A stretch of 64,000 nucleotides of DNA from Eledone cirrhosa (GCA_964016885.1 OZ024762.1:17298001-17362000), one strand, 5' to 3'. Shown: positions 1 to 13,332, counted from the stretch's first letter. Notes: generated by a model not told the origin, from the sequence alone. Made by a program: numbers and translations.

Positions 1-6
1 TGTGTG

Positions 7-64
<58 letters not shown>

Positions 65-88
65 TGTATGTGTGTGTACATATATATG

Positions 89-152
<64 letters not shown>

Positions 153-535
153 GGTGTGTAACTATATATATATATGTGTGTGTGTAAGATGTATGTGTAT
201 ATATAGTAAGTTCTGTGCTGGAATGTATAGTATCGTTAGTGAAATTCTGTGTGAAATGCAATGTCATTCTACGCCAATCACAACAGAATTCGTGTGTGTA
301 TACATATATATATATAAATATATGTGTGTGTATGTGTCTATAATGTATATATATGTATATATATATATTTTCGTGTGTATATATATATATGTTTGTGTAA
401 GTATATATATATATATATACACATACACATATGTGTGTATGTATATTTATACATATATATATCTATATCTATATATATATATATGTATGTGTGTGTGTGG
501 GAAATGTTATGTCATTCTACATCAGGTTTTGTGTG

Positions 536-574
<39 letters not shown>

Positions 575-1040
575 TGTGTAAATGTCACATATATGTGTAT
601 GTGTAAATATATATATAATATATATATATATATTTATGAATGAATGTTATACGCACATCTAAGAGCGCATATATATATATATGCAACAATTACGTGTACG
701 TGTGTATATATATATATTCAAATATGTGTATGTATGTATGTATGTATGTGTGTGTGTGTCTGAAAGAACGACAGTTGGTAGTAGTAAAATTTACTACATT
801 TGCACAGAGCGGCTGCAGTCGTTAGCTGCGCATGAATGAAGAGTGTTGTATAGTGTGTGTATGTGTGTACGTGTGTGTGTGTGCATGTGTGTGTGTGTAC
901 GTGTGCGTGTGTGTGTATGTGTGTGTCTTCTCACTCTACAACTAACAGGATCTGTCGCAGGAATTTCCGTTAGCGTAATTCTAGCTGAGTTCAGTTCCGA
1001 GGTCCAGAATAGTTATAGTGGTGGTGGTGGTGGTGGTGGT

Positions 1041-1346
1041 GAAGCATCAATGGTGTTTAACGATAGTGCTGCTGGTGATGATGTTGGTGGTGAAGCATCA
1101 ATGGTGTTTAACGATAGTGCTTCTGGTGATGATGATGGCGGTGAAGCATCAATGGTGTTTAACGATAGTGCTTCTGGTGATGATGATGGCGGTGAAGCAT
1201 CAATGGTGTTTAACGATAGTGCTGCTGGTGATGATGATGGCGGTGAAGCATCAATGGTGTTTAACGATAGTGCTTCTGGTGATGATGATGGCGGTGAAGC
1301 ATCAATGGTGTTTAACGATAGTGCTGCTGGTGATGATGATGGTGGT
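1041..1346. repeat. 51-bp minisatellite, 6 copies
   Basis: Unit gaagcatcaatggtgtttaacgatagtgct(g/t)ctggtgatgatg(a/t)tgg(c/t)ggt at 1041, 1092, 1143, 1194, 1245, 1296, flanked by (GGT)n. Confidence 0.95.
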
Positions 1347-1703
1347 GGTGGTGGTGGTGGTCGTGGTGACGGCGAGCGTGTTGTGGCTACACACATATGT
1401 GTGTATACATACATACATATATATATATATATGCGTAGGCGTGTGAGTATTATTGTGTATGTACGCGTGCGTGTGATTATGTGTGTGCAACCAGCAACAA
1501 GTGGATAGTATATATATATATGCGTGTATATATATATATATATATATATGTATGCGTGTGTGTATATATATTATATATGTCTGCTGGTTGATGACAATTT
1601 TGTGAAAGAACTCAAGTAATTATTTTGAAAGAAACGTATAATACAGATGACAGTAAATACTATGTATGTATGTATATACATATATACACGCACAATTATA
1701 TAT

Positions 1704-1739
<36 letters not shown>

Positions 1740-1754
1740 ATGTATGTATGTATG

Positions 1755-1790
<36 letters not shown>

Positions 1791-1859
1791 TATGTGTGTG
1801 TGTATATACATACGTACATACATGGGCAGTAGTATGTGTATACTCTTTGGTTGTGAATG

Positions 1860-2345
1860 AGAATTTCTCTTCTAGGAAGGAATTTTTCTGAATGTAACAC
1901 CAGACGATGATGAAAAGAAAGATGAGAAAGAAGGAGACTTCTGTATGGTGCGCGCACGGTTTTGCTTGCTTCTTTGTGAATTGCGCGCGCTCCGAATTAT
2001 GAATGTAAAAGGCAAAGCGCATTTGTAAAAGTGTTGGCGTAGGATTTGTTTGTCAAAGGCGAAAATTATGAATGTGTTTTTGGCATCAAGCGAAAATCTG
2101 CGTATTTCTCCGTGACTGACTTTCCACTTCAGCTTAGAAACGGTTGTAAATCGTGTGTGAGGCCTGTACAGGCAGCAAATCAATATGTAAGCAGCGAACG
2201 ACTGCTGCATTCTGGGATTGCTGGCTCATTCATAGCTGTGTGCCGAGTTGTGACGTCAGAGCTTTTAAACGCATCCCATTCACCATCAAAGGTGCTGACC
2301 CGTATAGATAGCTTTACAACCAATGTTAGTGTCAGCACCAACACT
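1860..2345. promoter_or_regulatory. Unique island, candidate promoter/enhancer
   Basis: Non-repetitive, CpG-containing. Perfect CRE palindrome TGACGTCA at 2251-2258 next to TTTTAAA (2263-2269); TCF/LEF-like ATCAAAG at about 2285; CCAAT at about 2320. Motif-based inference only, orientation unknown. Confidence 0.35.
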
Positions 2346-3346
2346 ACTACTACAGCTACAGCAGCAGCTCTCTCTCTCTCTCTCTCTCTCTGTCTTTCTC
2401 TTTCTTAGCAATGGTAGTAGTAGTAGTGGTGGTGGTGGTTGTAGTAGTAGTAGTAGTAGTAACAGCAGCAGCCGTAGCTTGTCGTAGTAGAAGTACCATT
2501 AGTAGCTCTACTATTATTATTACTAATAAACATTATAATAGCTAGACGCAGCCTCCCCTCCACCAACACCACCACCACCACCATTTCTACCCTCTCTCCA
2601 CACGCACGCGCGCGCGCATTCCCGTCTCCGCTGCCACTACCGTTTCCACCACCCACTAACACCACTCTACCAGCGCCACCACCACCATCACTGCCACCAC
2701 CACCACCATCACTGCCACCACCACCACCATCACCACCATCGCCATCATCATTGCAGCCTTTTTCACCAGCGACATTTCAGTTGTCGCCCGGGTTTCCCTG
2801 CTCCCCCCTCCCCTCCTCGCTCTCTCCACCACTAGCAGCAGCAGCAGCAGTAGCAGCAGCATAAACATCACCATACGTTGTTGTTGTTGATGCTGTTGAT
2901 GTTGTTGCTGCTGTTGTTGTTGTTGTTGTTGGTGGCGTTATTGTTATTGTTGTTGGTGGTAGTGGCGGTGGTGGTGTTATTGATGCTGTTGTTGTTGTTG
3001 TTGTTGTTGTTATTGATGTTGGTGGTGGCGGTGATGATGTTGCACCACCTTCGCCATCGTCACCACCACCACCACCACTATTCTCATAATTACACAAACA
3101 TCTCCCTCCCTCCCTCCCTCCCTCCCTCCCTCCCTCCCTCCCTCCCTCCCTCCCTCCCTCCCTCTCTCGTTATCTCCCCCTCTCTCTCCCACTCTAGCTA
3201 CCTCCCTCTCTCTAGCTATGAATCTCTCTCTCCCCTTCTCTCGCTATCTCACTCACTCTCTCTATCTATCTATCTCTCCTTCCATTCACTAAATTTTACA
3301 AGCTCCACTTCAATTACTGGCCATTGATATTTTTGCATCGACACCG

Positions 3347-3391
<45 letters not shown>

Positions 3392-3422
3392 TCACTACTA
3401 CTACTATCACTACTACTACCAT

Positions 3423-3457
<35 letters not shown>

Positions 3458-3476
3458 TCACTACTACTACTACCAT

Positions 3477-3515
<39 letters not shown>

Positions 3516-3584
3516 CACTACTACCACCACCACTACTACTAATACTACTACTACCACTACTACTACTACTACCACCACTACCAT

Positions 3585-3633
<49 letters not shown>

Positions 3634-3985
3634 GTTTCTACATCTGGCACAAGGTGTGAGGAATTTCCAAGATGTAAGTCGGTTAAACCGACCTCAGTAT
3701 ATAACTGGTATTTGATCGACCCCCGGATACGATGTTAGACAAAATTGAACTGGGCCAGGTTTGAACTGAGAACATCAAGTTACGTCCCTTTATGGTCTGA
3801 GTTCAAATCCCGCCGAGGTTAACTTTGCCTTTCATCCTTACGGGGGTCGATAAAATAAAGTACCAGTAATACACTGGGATAATTGCTGGCCTTGTGCCCA
3901 AAGTAGAAACATTTATTAAGACTTGGAACAAATTGCACAAGGTGTTTTCTCCGATGCTCTACCGCTTATCACCACCCAGCGCCCT
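3634..3985 (-). mobile_element. Old tRNA-derived octopus-type SINE interrupted by a younger copy
   Basis: Reverse complement of the family tail (gtttcta..ggcacaagg), core (actggta..atcgaccc) and B-box region (tttgaactgagaac); resumes after about 3920. Confidence 0.65.
3778..3918 (+). mobile_element. tRNA-derived octopus-type SINE, 5' truncated
   Basis: ctgagttcaaatcccgccgaggttaactttgcctttcatcctt..ggggtcgataaaataaagtaccagt..aattgctggccttgtgcc..aaagtagaaac; near-identical to the copies at 57057 and 61263. GAGTTCAAATCC is a Pol III B-box. Confidence 0.9.
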
Positions 3986-4929
3986 TCAATCAATGCTATA
4001 ATAAATATTGTCTCTACTATTGGCGGGGCAGGACAAGGAAAAGTTGACCCCAGTGTGTTACTGGTACTTTATTTTAACGACGGTGGGATTTGAACTCAGA
4101 ATGTAAAAACACCAGATAAGGTGGTGGTGTTAGTGGTGGTGGTAGTGCTGTTAGTGGTGGTGGTGGTGGTGGTGGTAGTGTTAGTGGTGGTAGTGTTAGT
4201 GGTGGTGGTGGTGGTAGTGCTGTTGGTGGTGGTAGTGTTAGTGTTAGTGGTGGTGGTGGTGGTAGTGCTGTTAGTGGTGGTGGTGGTGGTGGTGTTAATG
4301 CTGTTAGTGGTGGTGGTGATGGTGGTGGTAGTGCTGTTAGTGGTGGTGGTGGTGGTGGTAGTGTTGTTAGTGGTGGTGGTGGTAGTGTTAGTGGTGGTGG
4401 TGTTAGTGGTGGTGGTAGTGGTAGTGCTGTTAGTGGTGGTGGTGGTGGTGTTGATGGTTGTAGTGGTGGTGGTAGTAATGGTGGTTTCGTTAGTGGTGGT
4501 GTTGAAGGTTGTGGTAGTGGTGGAGTGGTAGTGTTAGTGGTGGTGGTGTTGAAGGTTGTGGTGTTGGTGGTGTAGTGGTAGTGTTAGTGGTGGTGGTGTT
4601 GAAGGTTGTGGTGTTGGTGGTGGTGGTGTAGTGGTAGTGTTAGTGGTGGTGGTGTTGAAGGTTGTGGTAGTGGTGGTGGTGTTGAAGGTAGTGGTAGTGG
4701 TGGTGGTGGTGTTGGTGGTGCTAGAACGTAATAGCAGGCGGTGGAAGCTATGGTTCCAGTTTCGATTCTTGTGGGGGGAAACTTTAGAGAGTTTCCTATT
4801 AGACGGGTACAGGGTGGGAGGGATAGTGTGATGGGGGGTTCTGTAGCAGTGCTTGAGGTGGTGTGTGTATATATATATGTGTGTGTGTGCGTGTGCGTGT
4901 GTATATATATATATACACACACGGTCGAT

Positions 4930-5070
4930 ACGTTATGTCCTTGAGCAAGACACTTTATTTCACGTTGCTCCTTTTACCTGGAGTTGCAACCGATAGATAG
5001 TACTAGCAACTGAAAAGACCAACGGAAACATTGTTTCCTCGGTCCGATTTGATGAAAGTCGATCAATCCT
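4930..5070 (+). mobile_element. Second SINE family core followed by dispersed repeat B
   Basis: gtccttgagcaagacactttatttcacg, then cctggagttgcaaccgatagatagtactagcaactgaaaagaccaacggaaacattgtttcctcggtccgatttg. Repeat B recurs at about 30945, 34860, 47130 (rc) and 49283. Confidence 0.75.
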
Positions 5071-5074
5071 TTAT

Positions 5075-5129
<55 letters not shown>

Positions 5130-5134
<5 letters not shown>

Positions 5135-5306
5135 AACGAGTAGGACCCCGACGGCTAATTCTGGATTTTAGTCCAGAATTAGCCGTCGAAACGGCTTGAG
5201 CTCAGCCGTCGGGGTCCTACTCGTTCCTATTACCTACTCTACTACCCTAAGTATTGAGTACTTTGGTGCGTTATGGTCCACCTGGTTCCTTACCACATTT
5301 CCTTCG

Positions 5307-5308
<2 letters not shown>
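5130..5308 (+). mobile_element. Fold-back Penelope-like cassette (family A) with HHR lacking CUGANGA
   Basis: 27-bp inverted arms 5130-5156 and 5204-5230; 16-bp helix II (5150-5165/5172-5187), GAAA, helix III acggct/agccgt, C, then ggggtc. Tail shared with 31083-31163 and 61112-61188. Embedded in (TA)n. Confidence 0.7.
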
Positions 5309-5340
<32 letters not shown>

Positions 5341-5991
5341 CGGTTATGTATGCAGGAATGAAAAAATCTGTGTGTGGATGTACATCTTTGTGTGTGTGTG
5401 TGTGTGTGTGGATGCACATTGTGTGTGTGTGTGTGTGTGTGTGTGTATGGGTGCACATTGTGTGTGTGTGGATGCACATGTTTCTATGTGTGTGTGTGTG
5501 TGTGCTCGCACGCACATGTCTCTGTATACGTTAGATGAAAGAGTAAAACTGACAGAAAAAGCATGAATGAATGTTGAGAGAAGATTGAGTAACGGCGGAG
5601 GAGCGGTGGGGAGGGGGTTAAAAGTTGTGTATGAATGAAATAGGAGGAGGAGGGAATAAGAGGGGGTGGGGGTATGCATGAAAAAGAGGATGAGGTGGTT
5701 AAGGAAGATGAGAGGAAAATTGTAGAATGAAAAACGAGGAGGATGAGTAGAAAGTTATGAATGAAATCGCGAGGAGGAGGTGGGAAAAGATATGAATGAA
5801 AGAGAGGGGGGAGGAGGGGGGAGAAGGGAATGAGGCAAAGCTGTGAATGGATGAGAATGAGGAGGAGGGAGTAAGAAAAATGAATGAGGGGGGGGGGCAA
5901 CAAATAGTGAACGCATTTGGGGGAAAAGCGCGCGCATGTGAGAAGGAAAGGGGGTGAGGGAAGTGTGTGTGGGGTGGGTGGGGGTGCGTGC

Positions 5992-6026
<35 letters not shown>

Positions 6027-6232
6027 CACGCGCCCGGGTGCGTGTGTAGCAAAGAGTGGGAGAGACAATTGCCATGGAAACTTCATGAATGAAAATAACT
6101 GTGTAGAGAGAGGCAGTGTGTGTGATGTGTGTAGTAGGGTAATTACGTGTGTGTGGTGTGTGTGGTGTGTGCTGTGTGTATGTGGTCAGTGTGTATTGTG
6201 TGTGTGTGTGTATGTGTGTAGTCTGTGTATGT

Positions 6233-6269
<37 letters not shown>

Positions 6270-6512
6270 TCAGTGTGTATGTGTGAGTGTGGTCAGTGTG
6301 TGTGTATGTAGTGCGGTGTGTGTGTGTGTATGTAGTGTGGTGTGTGTGTGTATGTAGTGTGTGTGTAGTGTAGTGTGTGTGTGTGTATGTAGTGTAGTGT
6401 AGTGTGTGTGTGTGTGTGTAAACCTGGGAAAAAGGTGAATGGAAATGCAATCTGCTTGAATGAAATAGAGAATGTATACTTGCATGTGTATGTGTATGTG
6501 TGTGTAAGATAG

Positions 6513-6550
<38 letters not shown>

Positions 6551-6795
6551 GTGTATGTGTATGTGTAAGTGTGTGTATGTGTAAAGTGTGTGTGTGAGTG
6601 AGTGTGTGTGTGTGTGCTCTGAATGAGTGAGGGTGTGTGTGTGTGTGAAAAGTAGAATGAAAGTGACAACTACATGAATGGAAATTTAAATGAATGAAGC
6701 TGCGCGTGTGCGTGTGTGTGTATCTGTATCTGTATGTGTACGTATGATGTGTATATATGTGAAGTATAAATGTATGTATAATGTATGTGTATGTA

Positions 6796-6859
<64 letters not shown>

Positions 6860-7505
6860 ATTGATGCATGTGTGTATGTGTATGTCTATGTATGTATGTT
6901 TTTGTGTTTATGTATGTGCGGGAGTAGCTGATGCAAATGTGTGTGCGTATATTTGTGTGTGTGTCTGTGTGTATCTGTTTAATTGTATCATGTGTGTAAG
7001 TATATATATATATGTGTGTGTTTGTGTGTGTGTGTGTGTTGTTTTCATGCCATTGATAGGGGCGAGGGTGGGAGGGGTGATATGACGATGGTGGGTGTCT
7101 AACAGTGGAAGGGGGTGGAGGTGTAGTGTGTATCAATAGTTCGTAAGGTCGCTTATACCACTGAAAATTAATCGCCCTCGTCCCCATGCGCAAGGTACTT
7201 CCACGTAGATGAGCTGCGACCCGTCATCAGTAACGTGATCCGTGGCTCATTGAATGTTTCCAATGTATCAACATCATACATTCTTGTCCTGGCGACACAG
7301 CCAGGACTGCTTGGGCCCCGACTTCCGTCCCCAAAGCAGCCAACTGTTTTTAATCTGTGGTTTTACGTGAGGACCAGCTGGTCCTTTCTTCTCTACTCGT
7401 GAAACCCAGTAGACTCAGGCGCCTTGCTGAGAAACTTCTGCAAAACCTTACAAGTGAATTTCAGTAATTCATAAGATGGTTTATACAATTGTGTGTGTAT
7501 ATGGA

Positions 7506-7770
7506 CAGCTCATTTCGTCTGATCCACTCCCTTCTCAGCTCATTTCGTCTGATCTACTCCCTTGACAGCTCATTTCGTCTGATCCACTCCCTTCTCAGCT
7601 CATTTCGTCTGATCCACTCCCTTCTCAGCTCATTTCATCTGATCTACTCCCTTGACAGCTCATTTCGTCTGATCCACTCACTTCTCAGCTCATTTCATCT
7701 GATCCACTCCCTTGTCAGCTCAATTAATCTACATTTCGTCTGATCCACACCCTTACCAGCTCATTTCATC
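7506..7770. repeat. 30-bp minisatellite, about 9 copies
   Basis: Unit cagctcatttc(g/a)tctgatc(c/t)actccctt(ct/ga). Confidence 0.95.
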
Positions 7771-8199
7771 TGGCGCATTCACCATATTCTCTACACAACA
7801 GCAACTAAGATCTCTCAAAAGCCAGCAGATGTGTGCCTATTATCTTATCTGGACACATTGCGTTGCTAGCTGTTTAAGAACTTCGCTTCACAACTATGCC
7901 CTGAACGATGGTTCGTCTTCGCTCTCCTTCGACTATACCCTTAACGATGGTTTTAGACAAGGAATCTTAGTGGGATATGTCACTATATCAGACATTTAGC
8001 TGAGACCGATTATGAAAAAAATAAAGAGGTCTGTATAAAAGCTAAAATGCATATCCAATCCAGGGTCTCCTCACTCTTGTTGGAGGAACCCATCCCTGGT
8101 TGACCTCTACTGCTTTCTGTTTGGTTTGGATCATGTCAGGGGTGTAACCGTACTCACCACACTTGGCCAATTGTAGGTTGGTGAGGCTATTTAACTCAT

Positions 8200-8385
8200 A
8201 GTTGGGGCTGGATGGTCCTTGCTTCTGAGGACTTCGTCCGCCCCTTTTAACAGCTCTTGTTTTTTGAGCTGCTGGAGTTCCACTTACCTTCTTCACCTGA
8301 CCAGAGTCTGGTGAGGGGAACCAGGTTTAGTGGCCGACCACTCGACCATGAACCAGGTTCTACTGGCTAACATGGTATAACATGG
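8200..8385 (-). mobile_element. Fragment homologous to the 5' part of the element at 21422 (putative RTE 5' UTR)
   Basis: The reverse complement catgttagccagtagaacctggttcatggtcgagtggtcggccactaaa...aaaaacaagagctgttaaaaggggc..ccatcca aligns by eye with 21441-21603. Confidence 0.6.
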
Positions 8386-8499
8386 TATATATAAGGCCTG
8401 AAGTGGCCCGTGGTAGTAGAGGTGGTAGCAATAGTTGGGTTGAGGTAGTTACATTAGCGATATTAGCATAAATAACCCGCGTCAACATGGAAGCCCCCA

Positions 8500-9090
8500 T
8501 GTGGTCACTTGGCATGCTAAAAATAGCAACTAAATTTCCCTCAAATTGAACCCGATAGTATGCATAACATAGTAATTGACCCTAGCTGCACTATGCCTGA
8601 AAATTAGATGAGGTTTGATGGGATGGGGTAGTCACGGTTGGAAAGGCCTTTCATTATCAGCGCACATGATCGGATCCGTCCTAGGGTTAAATAACAACGG
8701 ATCATTGTTCTTCATGATGATGATGATGATAATATTTAAGCCCTGATCAACGATGATTCACCAGATCTATGATCAAAGCCGTCCCAGCCATGACCATCCC
8801 GTATTTTTGTATACAATTATGCAATGTCTCCTTCATTTGAGGAAGATTTTTGCTGCTCTTTCCTACAAGTTGAGCAGCAGTGTAGAGGCTCCTGGCGTGC
8901 TAGTTGTTGTTGCTTAACCCCCGGGTGATCCCTCATCGAACAGCCCTGTGGTTAAATGCATTCCAGTCATGACCATCCCGTCTTTTCCCCATGTACAGAG
9001 TATCTAGGACGTTATCAAATGTCTCATTTTTAATAAGTTAGATGTGCTTTGAGGGAGATTTGGCTGTTGTTTCTAGCAGTTTGAGCAACT
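8500..9090. mobile_element. Three degenerate copies of dispersed repeat C (one +, two -)
   Basis: Motifs gcta(g/a)aaatagca.c.aaat.tccctcaaa and gggatggtcatg(g/a)ctgg(a/g)a..gc.ttt; further copies at about 39645-39745 and 56085-56270. Confidence 0.65.
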
Positions 9091-9233
9091 GTTGGTAGTG
9101 GTGGTGATGTTATTGTTGTTGATAGTGATGATAGTGCTGTCGGTTGTGATAGCGGGGAAGGTTGTGGATATGGTGGTGGTTGATGTTGTTGTTGCTGTTG
9201 TGGTTGTTGTTATTGTTGTTGCGATGGTGATGG

Positions 9234-9268
<35 letters not shown>

Positions 9269-10971
9269 GCTGTTGTTGTTGCAGTTGTTGTTGCAGTTGT
9301 TGCTGCTGTTGTTATTGTTGTGGTTGTTGCTGTTATTGTTATTGTCGTGGTGGTGGTGGTGGTGGTGTTGTTGTTTTAGTTCAAATAAAGAATGGTGTGT
9401 GCTGTGTGTTATTGTACATATATGGTGTTAGTAGTGGTAGTGGGGTGGGGGTGGGGTAGAGTTTGAACTGCATGAAACAGCAGAGCTTGAAAAAAGCTGC
9501 ACGCTCATTGGTCAATTCTAAAACCGCGCCCACTTTTTATTTTTATTTTATTTTTATTTTTATTATAATGAAAATCTCGTTTTTCCCCAGCTCGGAACAT
9601 TCCTATGTAAAATGCGCCATGGCCGGGCTTTTCGCATCATCATCGTCAGCAGTAGCAGCAACGGCAGTATCGACATCAGCATCATAAACATCACTATAAA
9701 CCATAGCTTAGAGAGTGAAGAGTAATGGAAACGATAACGAGGCTACTTGCTACTTACTGCACTCTATCCAGTGTGATTTCGATAACGAGGCTACTTGCTA
9801 CACTGTTCGATTGCTATGCAAAAGGCGGAAGTAAAATTGATTTTCCAGATCGTGGTAATACACGTGACTATCATCAATTCACATGACAACCATGTGCTTT
9901 TGCAAGATCAATTGTGTCTAAATGAATGTATGTTTTGAGATGGTTGTAAAGGGAAACTTCACATCTCCTCTCCCCCCCTCTCTCCCCCTCTCTCTCTCCC
10001 TCTCCTCAATTTCTCAATATCTTATACATATATACACACATGTATATATATATATATATATATATGTACACAGTGTATTTATTGATAAACAGAAGAGAAT
10101 GCAAATTATTGTGAACGAGTTTAGTGTGTGTGTGTGTGTATGTATGTGTGTGTGTATGTATGTGTGTGTGTGTGTGTGTGTGTGTGCATTCATAGATGCA
10201 TTCATTGTAAGTGTGATATGTGTGTGAAAGAGCAGAAAAAACGTGAAAACCAAATTTTATTAAATTATATACAAATGCAGGCTGTGTGTGCGAGTCTGTG
10301 AGTATGTGTGTGTGTAAGTGTGAGAGAGAGTATGTGTCTGTGAGTCTGTGTGTGTATGTGTGTGTGTGAGAGAGTATGTGTATGTGTCACAAAACACAGT
10401 TCCGTCTTTAATATATGAATGGAAATGTTATTATGCATCAGATGTTGTAGTATGGTTGAGGCGATATTTATCAATGTGTGTGTGTATGTGTGTGACAATA
10501 GTTGGAAGAAGAAGAAGGAGTGAGTGAGAGAGTGAGAGTGGGAGGCAAGAACTGTTCCTGCCGCTGCACAAATATCTAAGATTCCTTCACTCAAATATCC
10601 ATATATGGTATAACTTTGTCTTCACTACAGAACGCTATTGCAATTAATGTGCAGCTTTTCAGTGTTTCTACACCTTTTAATCTAGTTTATGTGACCAGTT
10701 TTGGTTGATAAAAAATCATGAATGCAATATTACGATAGCCAAAGATTTATTTTTATGAATCATGTTGTTGTATGGTTGCAGAGGTTTTAATAGTTTTTCA
10801 TGGGTGCACACGTCAACCTTACATTTTTAAAGGGGAGTCTGAAATAAATAGACGACACACGCAAAATTGAAAAAAAAAAAAATTAAATAAAAATAAATAA
10901 TGTTAGATGCTTTAAAAATTTAATTTAAAAACTATATTTTCCCTTGTTATTATTATTATTATTATTATTAT

Positions 10972-11185
10972 CGGTAGAGCGTCAGACACCATGCTTTGCA
11001 GCATAGAGTTGCGGCCTTTTACGTTCTGAGTTCAAATCCAGCCGAGGTTAACTTTGCATTTCATCCTTCTGGGGGGGGGGGGGGGGGTCTATAAAATAAA
11101 GTACCAGTAATGCACTGGAGTCGGTTTAATCGACTTTCCCCTTTCCCCCAAATTGCTACCCTAGTGCTTAAATCAGAAACCATTA
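10972..11185 (+). mobile_element. tRNA-derived octopus-type SINE
   Basis: ttctgagttcaaatccagccgaggttaactttgcatttcatcctt..aaagtaccagt..aaattgct..agaaacc followed by an (ATT)n tail. Confidence 0.85.
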
Positions 11186-11479
11186 TTATTATTATTATTG
11201 TTATTATTATTATTATGCTCCTGTAATGTCCCCCTCATCAGTGGCCCTTTATGGCAATAATAAATGAAATTATCATCATTGTCATAGATGCTTTTTTTTT
11301 TTTTGTTTTGTTGTTGCTGTTTTTGTTGTTTTTCGGGTTTGTTTTCCTAAATCTATGTAAACCCGACACCCCCCACGGTTGTAATTTGTCCTTGCAATGT
11401 TTCTACCAATCACCCCCACCACCCACCATTGTCGTTGTTGCAAATAATAAAAATCAAGGGTGTTTGACACGGGAGATAA

Positions 11480-11740
11480 TCTGTATATAGCTCCTCTTGT
11501 TCCCTACTATTTCGGGTCTTCCGGGTGTTTGGTGAGACTAAGGACCGATATTTGCAATTGGAAAGGTCCTTCCTCCAGGTGTAGGCTTGGGCAAGGTTTT
11601 TAATGATATTTATAATAAATAACAGCTGTCCTACGTGCATGAGTCTCTGTTCATACATCTTTACACCAGATGCAAGCTTTCTTATGAAAAGACCACCAGT
11701 TGCCCCTACATACAAGTTTCTCTATTCCCTCTGTCCTCCA
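11480..11740 (-). pseudogene. Possible highly degenerate GIY-YIG endonuclease remnant (Penelope-like)
   Basis: Minus-strand translation NLYVGATG...QRLMHVGQL...RNSREQEELY loosely resembles the YIG-x-T, R..H and E motifs of PLE GIY-YIG domains; stops and frameshifts are present. Confidence 0.25.
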
Positions 11741-12564
11741 ATACTTTCTGATAGTGTTATGTCATTACCCACTGCCATAAAACCAAGAAGCACTCAATCC
11801 TTTCTGATGGTGCCATGCCTTTATCCACTGCCATAACGCCAAGAAGCACTCAATACTTTTCTAAAGCCTTATTTTCGCGCTCATGCAAATATTGGGACTA
11901 CGTATTTTCAGGGTTGGTAAATGAGAGAAAATCTTCCGCCATTGCGCGAGTCTTGTTGTTGTTGATGTTCGTAGTGTTGATATTGTTGTTGCTGTTGTTC
12001 CTTTGGGGGAGGGGCTGCTCAGGGGGTACCTGTGCCTGCAGTATTGCCGTCACATTCATTGCTAACAACGAACAGGTGGTGCAGACAGTGTTACTGGTTA
12101 GGGCGTCAGCGACCGAACAAATCTTACTCTTTTACTAGTTCCATTTACTAGGTATGTATATATATATATATATATGTATTTGTGTGCGTAGCAAAGCTGC
12201 ATACGAACAAAAAAAAAGAAACCGAAACACAGTGCAAACGAACAAAACATACAAAATCTACATGGCAATAAGTCTTTATTTAAGCTACGATGTGTCAAAA
12301 TTCTGCTGGAATTTCACACAGAATTTCAACAATATCTCGGACAACACTGGTTAAATACTACAGAGCGGATCAAATACTACAGAGCGGATCAACAAAAATA
12401 TTTTGAGCTCTCCTCTGAGCTATTATTATCAACATTTCTTCAAGTACAACTGAAATATATCGTAAATCGGAGCTCAACTTAAGCGCTCCATAATCTAAGT
12501 TTAGAGAGATAGAAATTGATAGAATATATTATTTATATACAAATATACATATACACATATACAT

Positions 12565-12644
<80 letters not shown>

Positions 12645-13332
12645 ATATGTATATATATATATATACACATATACACTCACATGCATGTATGCACACACAT
12701 ACACACACACACATATATATAAGTTAGTGTACGTTAGTGTATATATAATATATACACTTAGTGAATTAACTTTCTTGCCTATATAGCTTTAACCCATGCA
12801 CATATATCTTTCGTTATATACATGTTATACACCCATCTCACACACATGTATATACTATATACACATATATATAATGTGTGTATTCACAATATTACATACA
12901 AATAAAATTGAATGGTATAACATGAATGAATGTATATACATATACACGCATACATAACATATACATATATATATGCACACACACATAGTATTGTGTGTAT
13001 ATATATATACACATACAGCATTGTATATATATATATATATGTGTGTATCTATATATATGTGCATATAGTATTCTGTGTATATATATATATATGTGCATAT
13101 AGTATTCTATGTGTATATATATATATATATATGTGTGTATATATACACAATACTTTGTGTATATATATATATAGATATATATACACAATACTATATATAT
13201 ATATATATACCCGCAATACTATATGCACATATACACACACACACACATATATATATATACACAATAACGTGTGTTTGCATATATATATGTATATGTGTAT
13301 ATGCACATAGTGTATATATGTATCTTTCAATG

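Noticed and set aside
2291-2339. Pre-miRNA hairpin
   Set aside because: Only a 9-bp stem with a large loop; no miRNA I recognise.
3790-3815. tRNA genes at GAGTTCAAATCC B-boxes
   Set aside because: No cloverleaf; these are SINE heads.
6068-6081. RFX X-box-like ATTGCCATGGAAAC
   Set aside because: Single imperfect motif without independent support.
7195-7235. HHR from minus-strand CTGATGA
   Set aside because: No GAAA and no helix I/II pairing at suitable distance.
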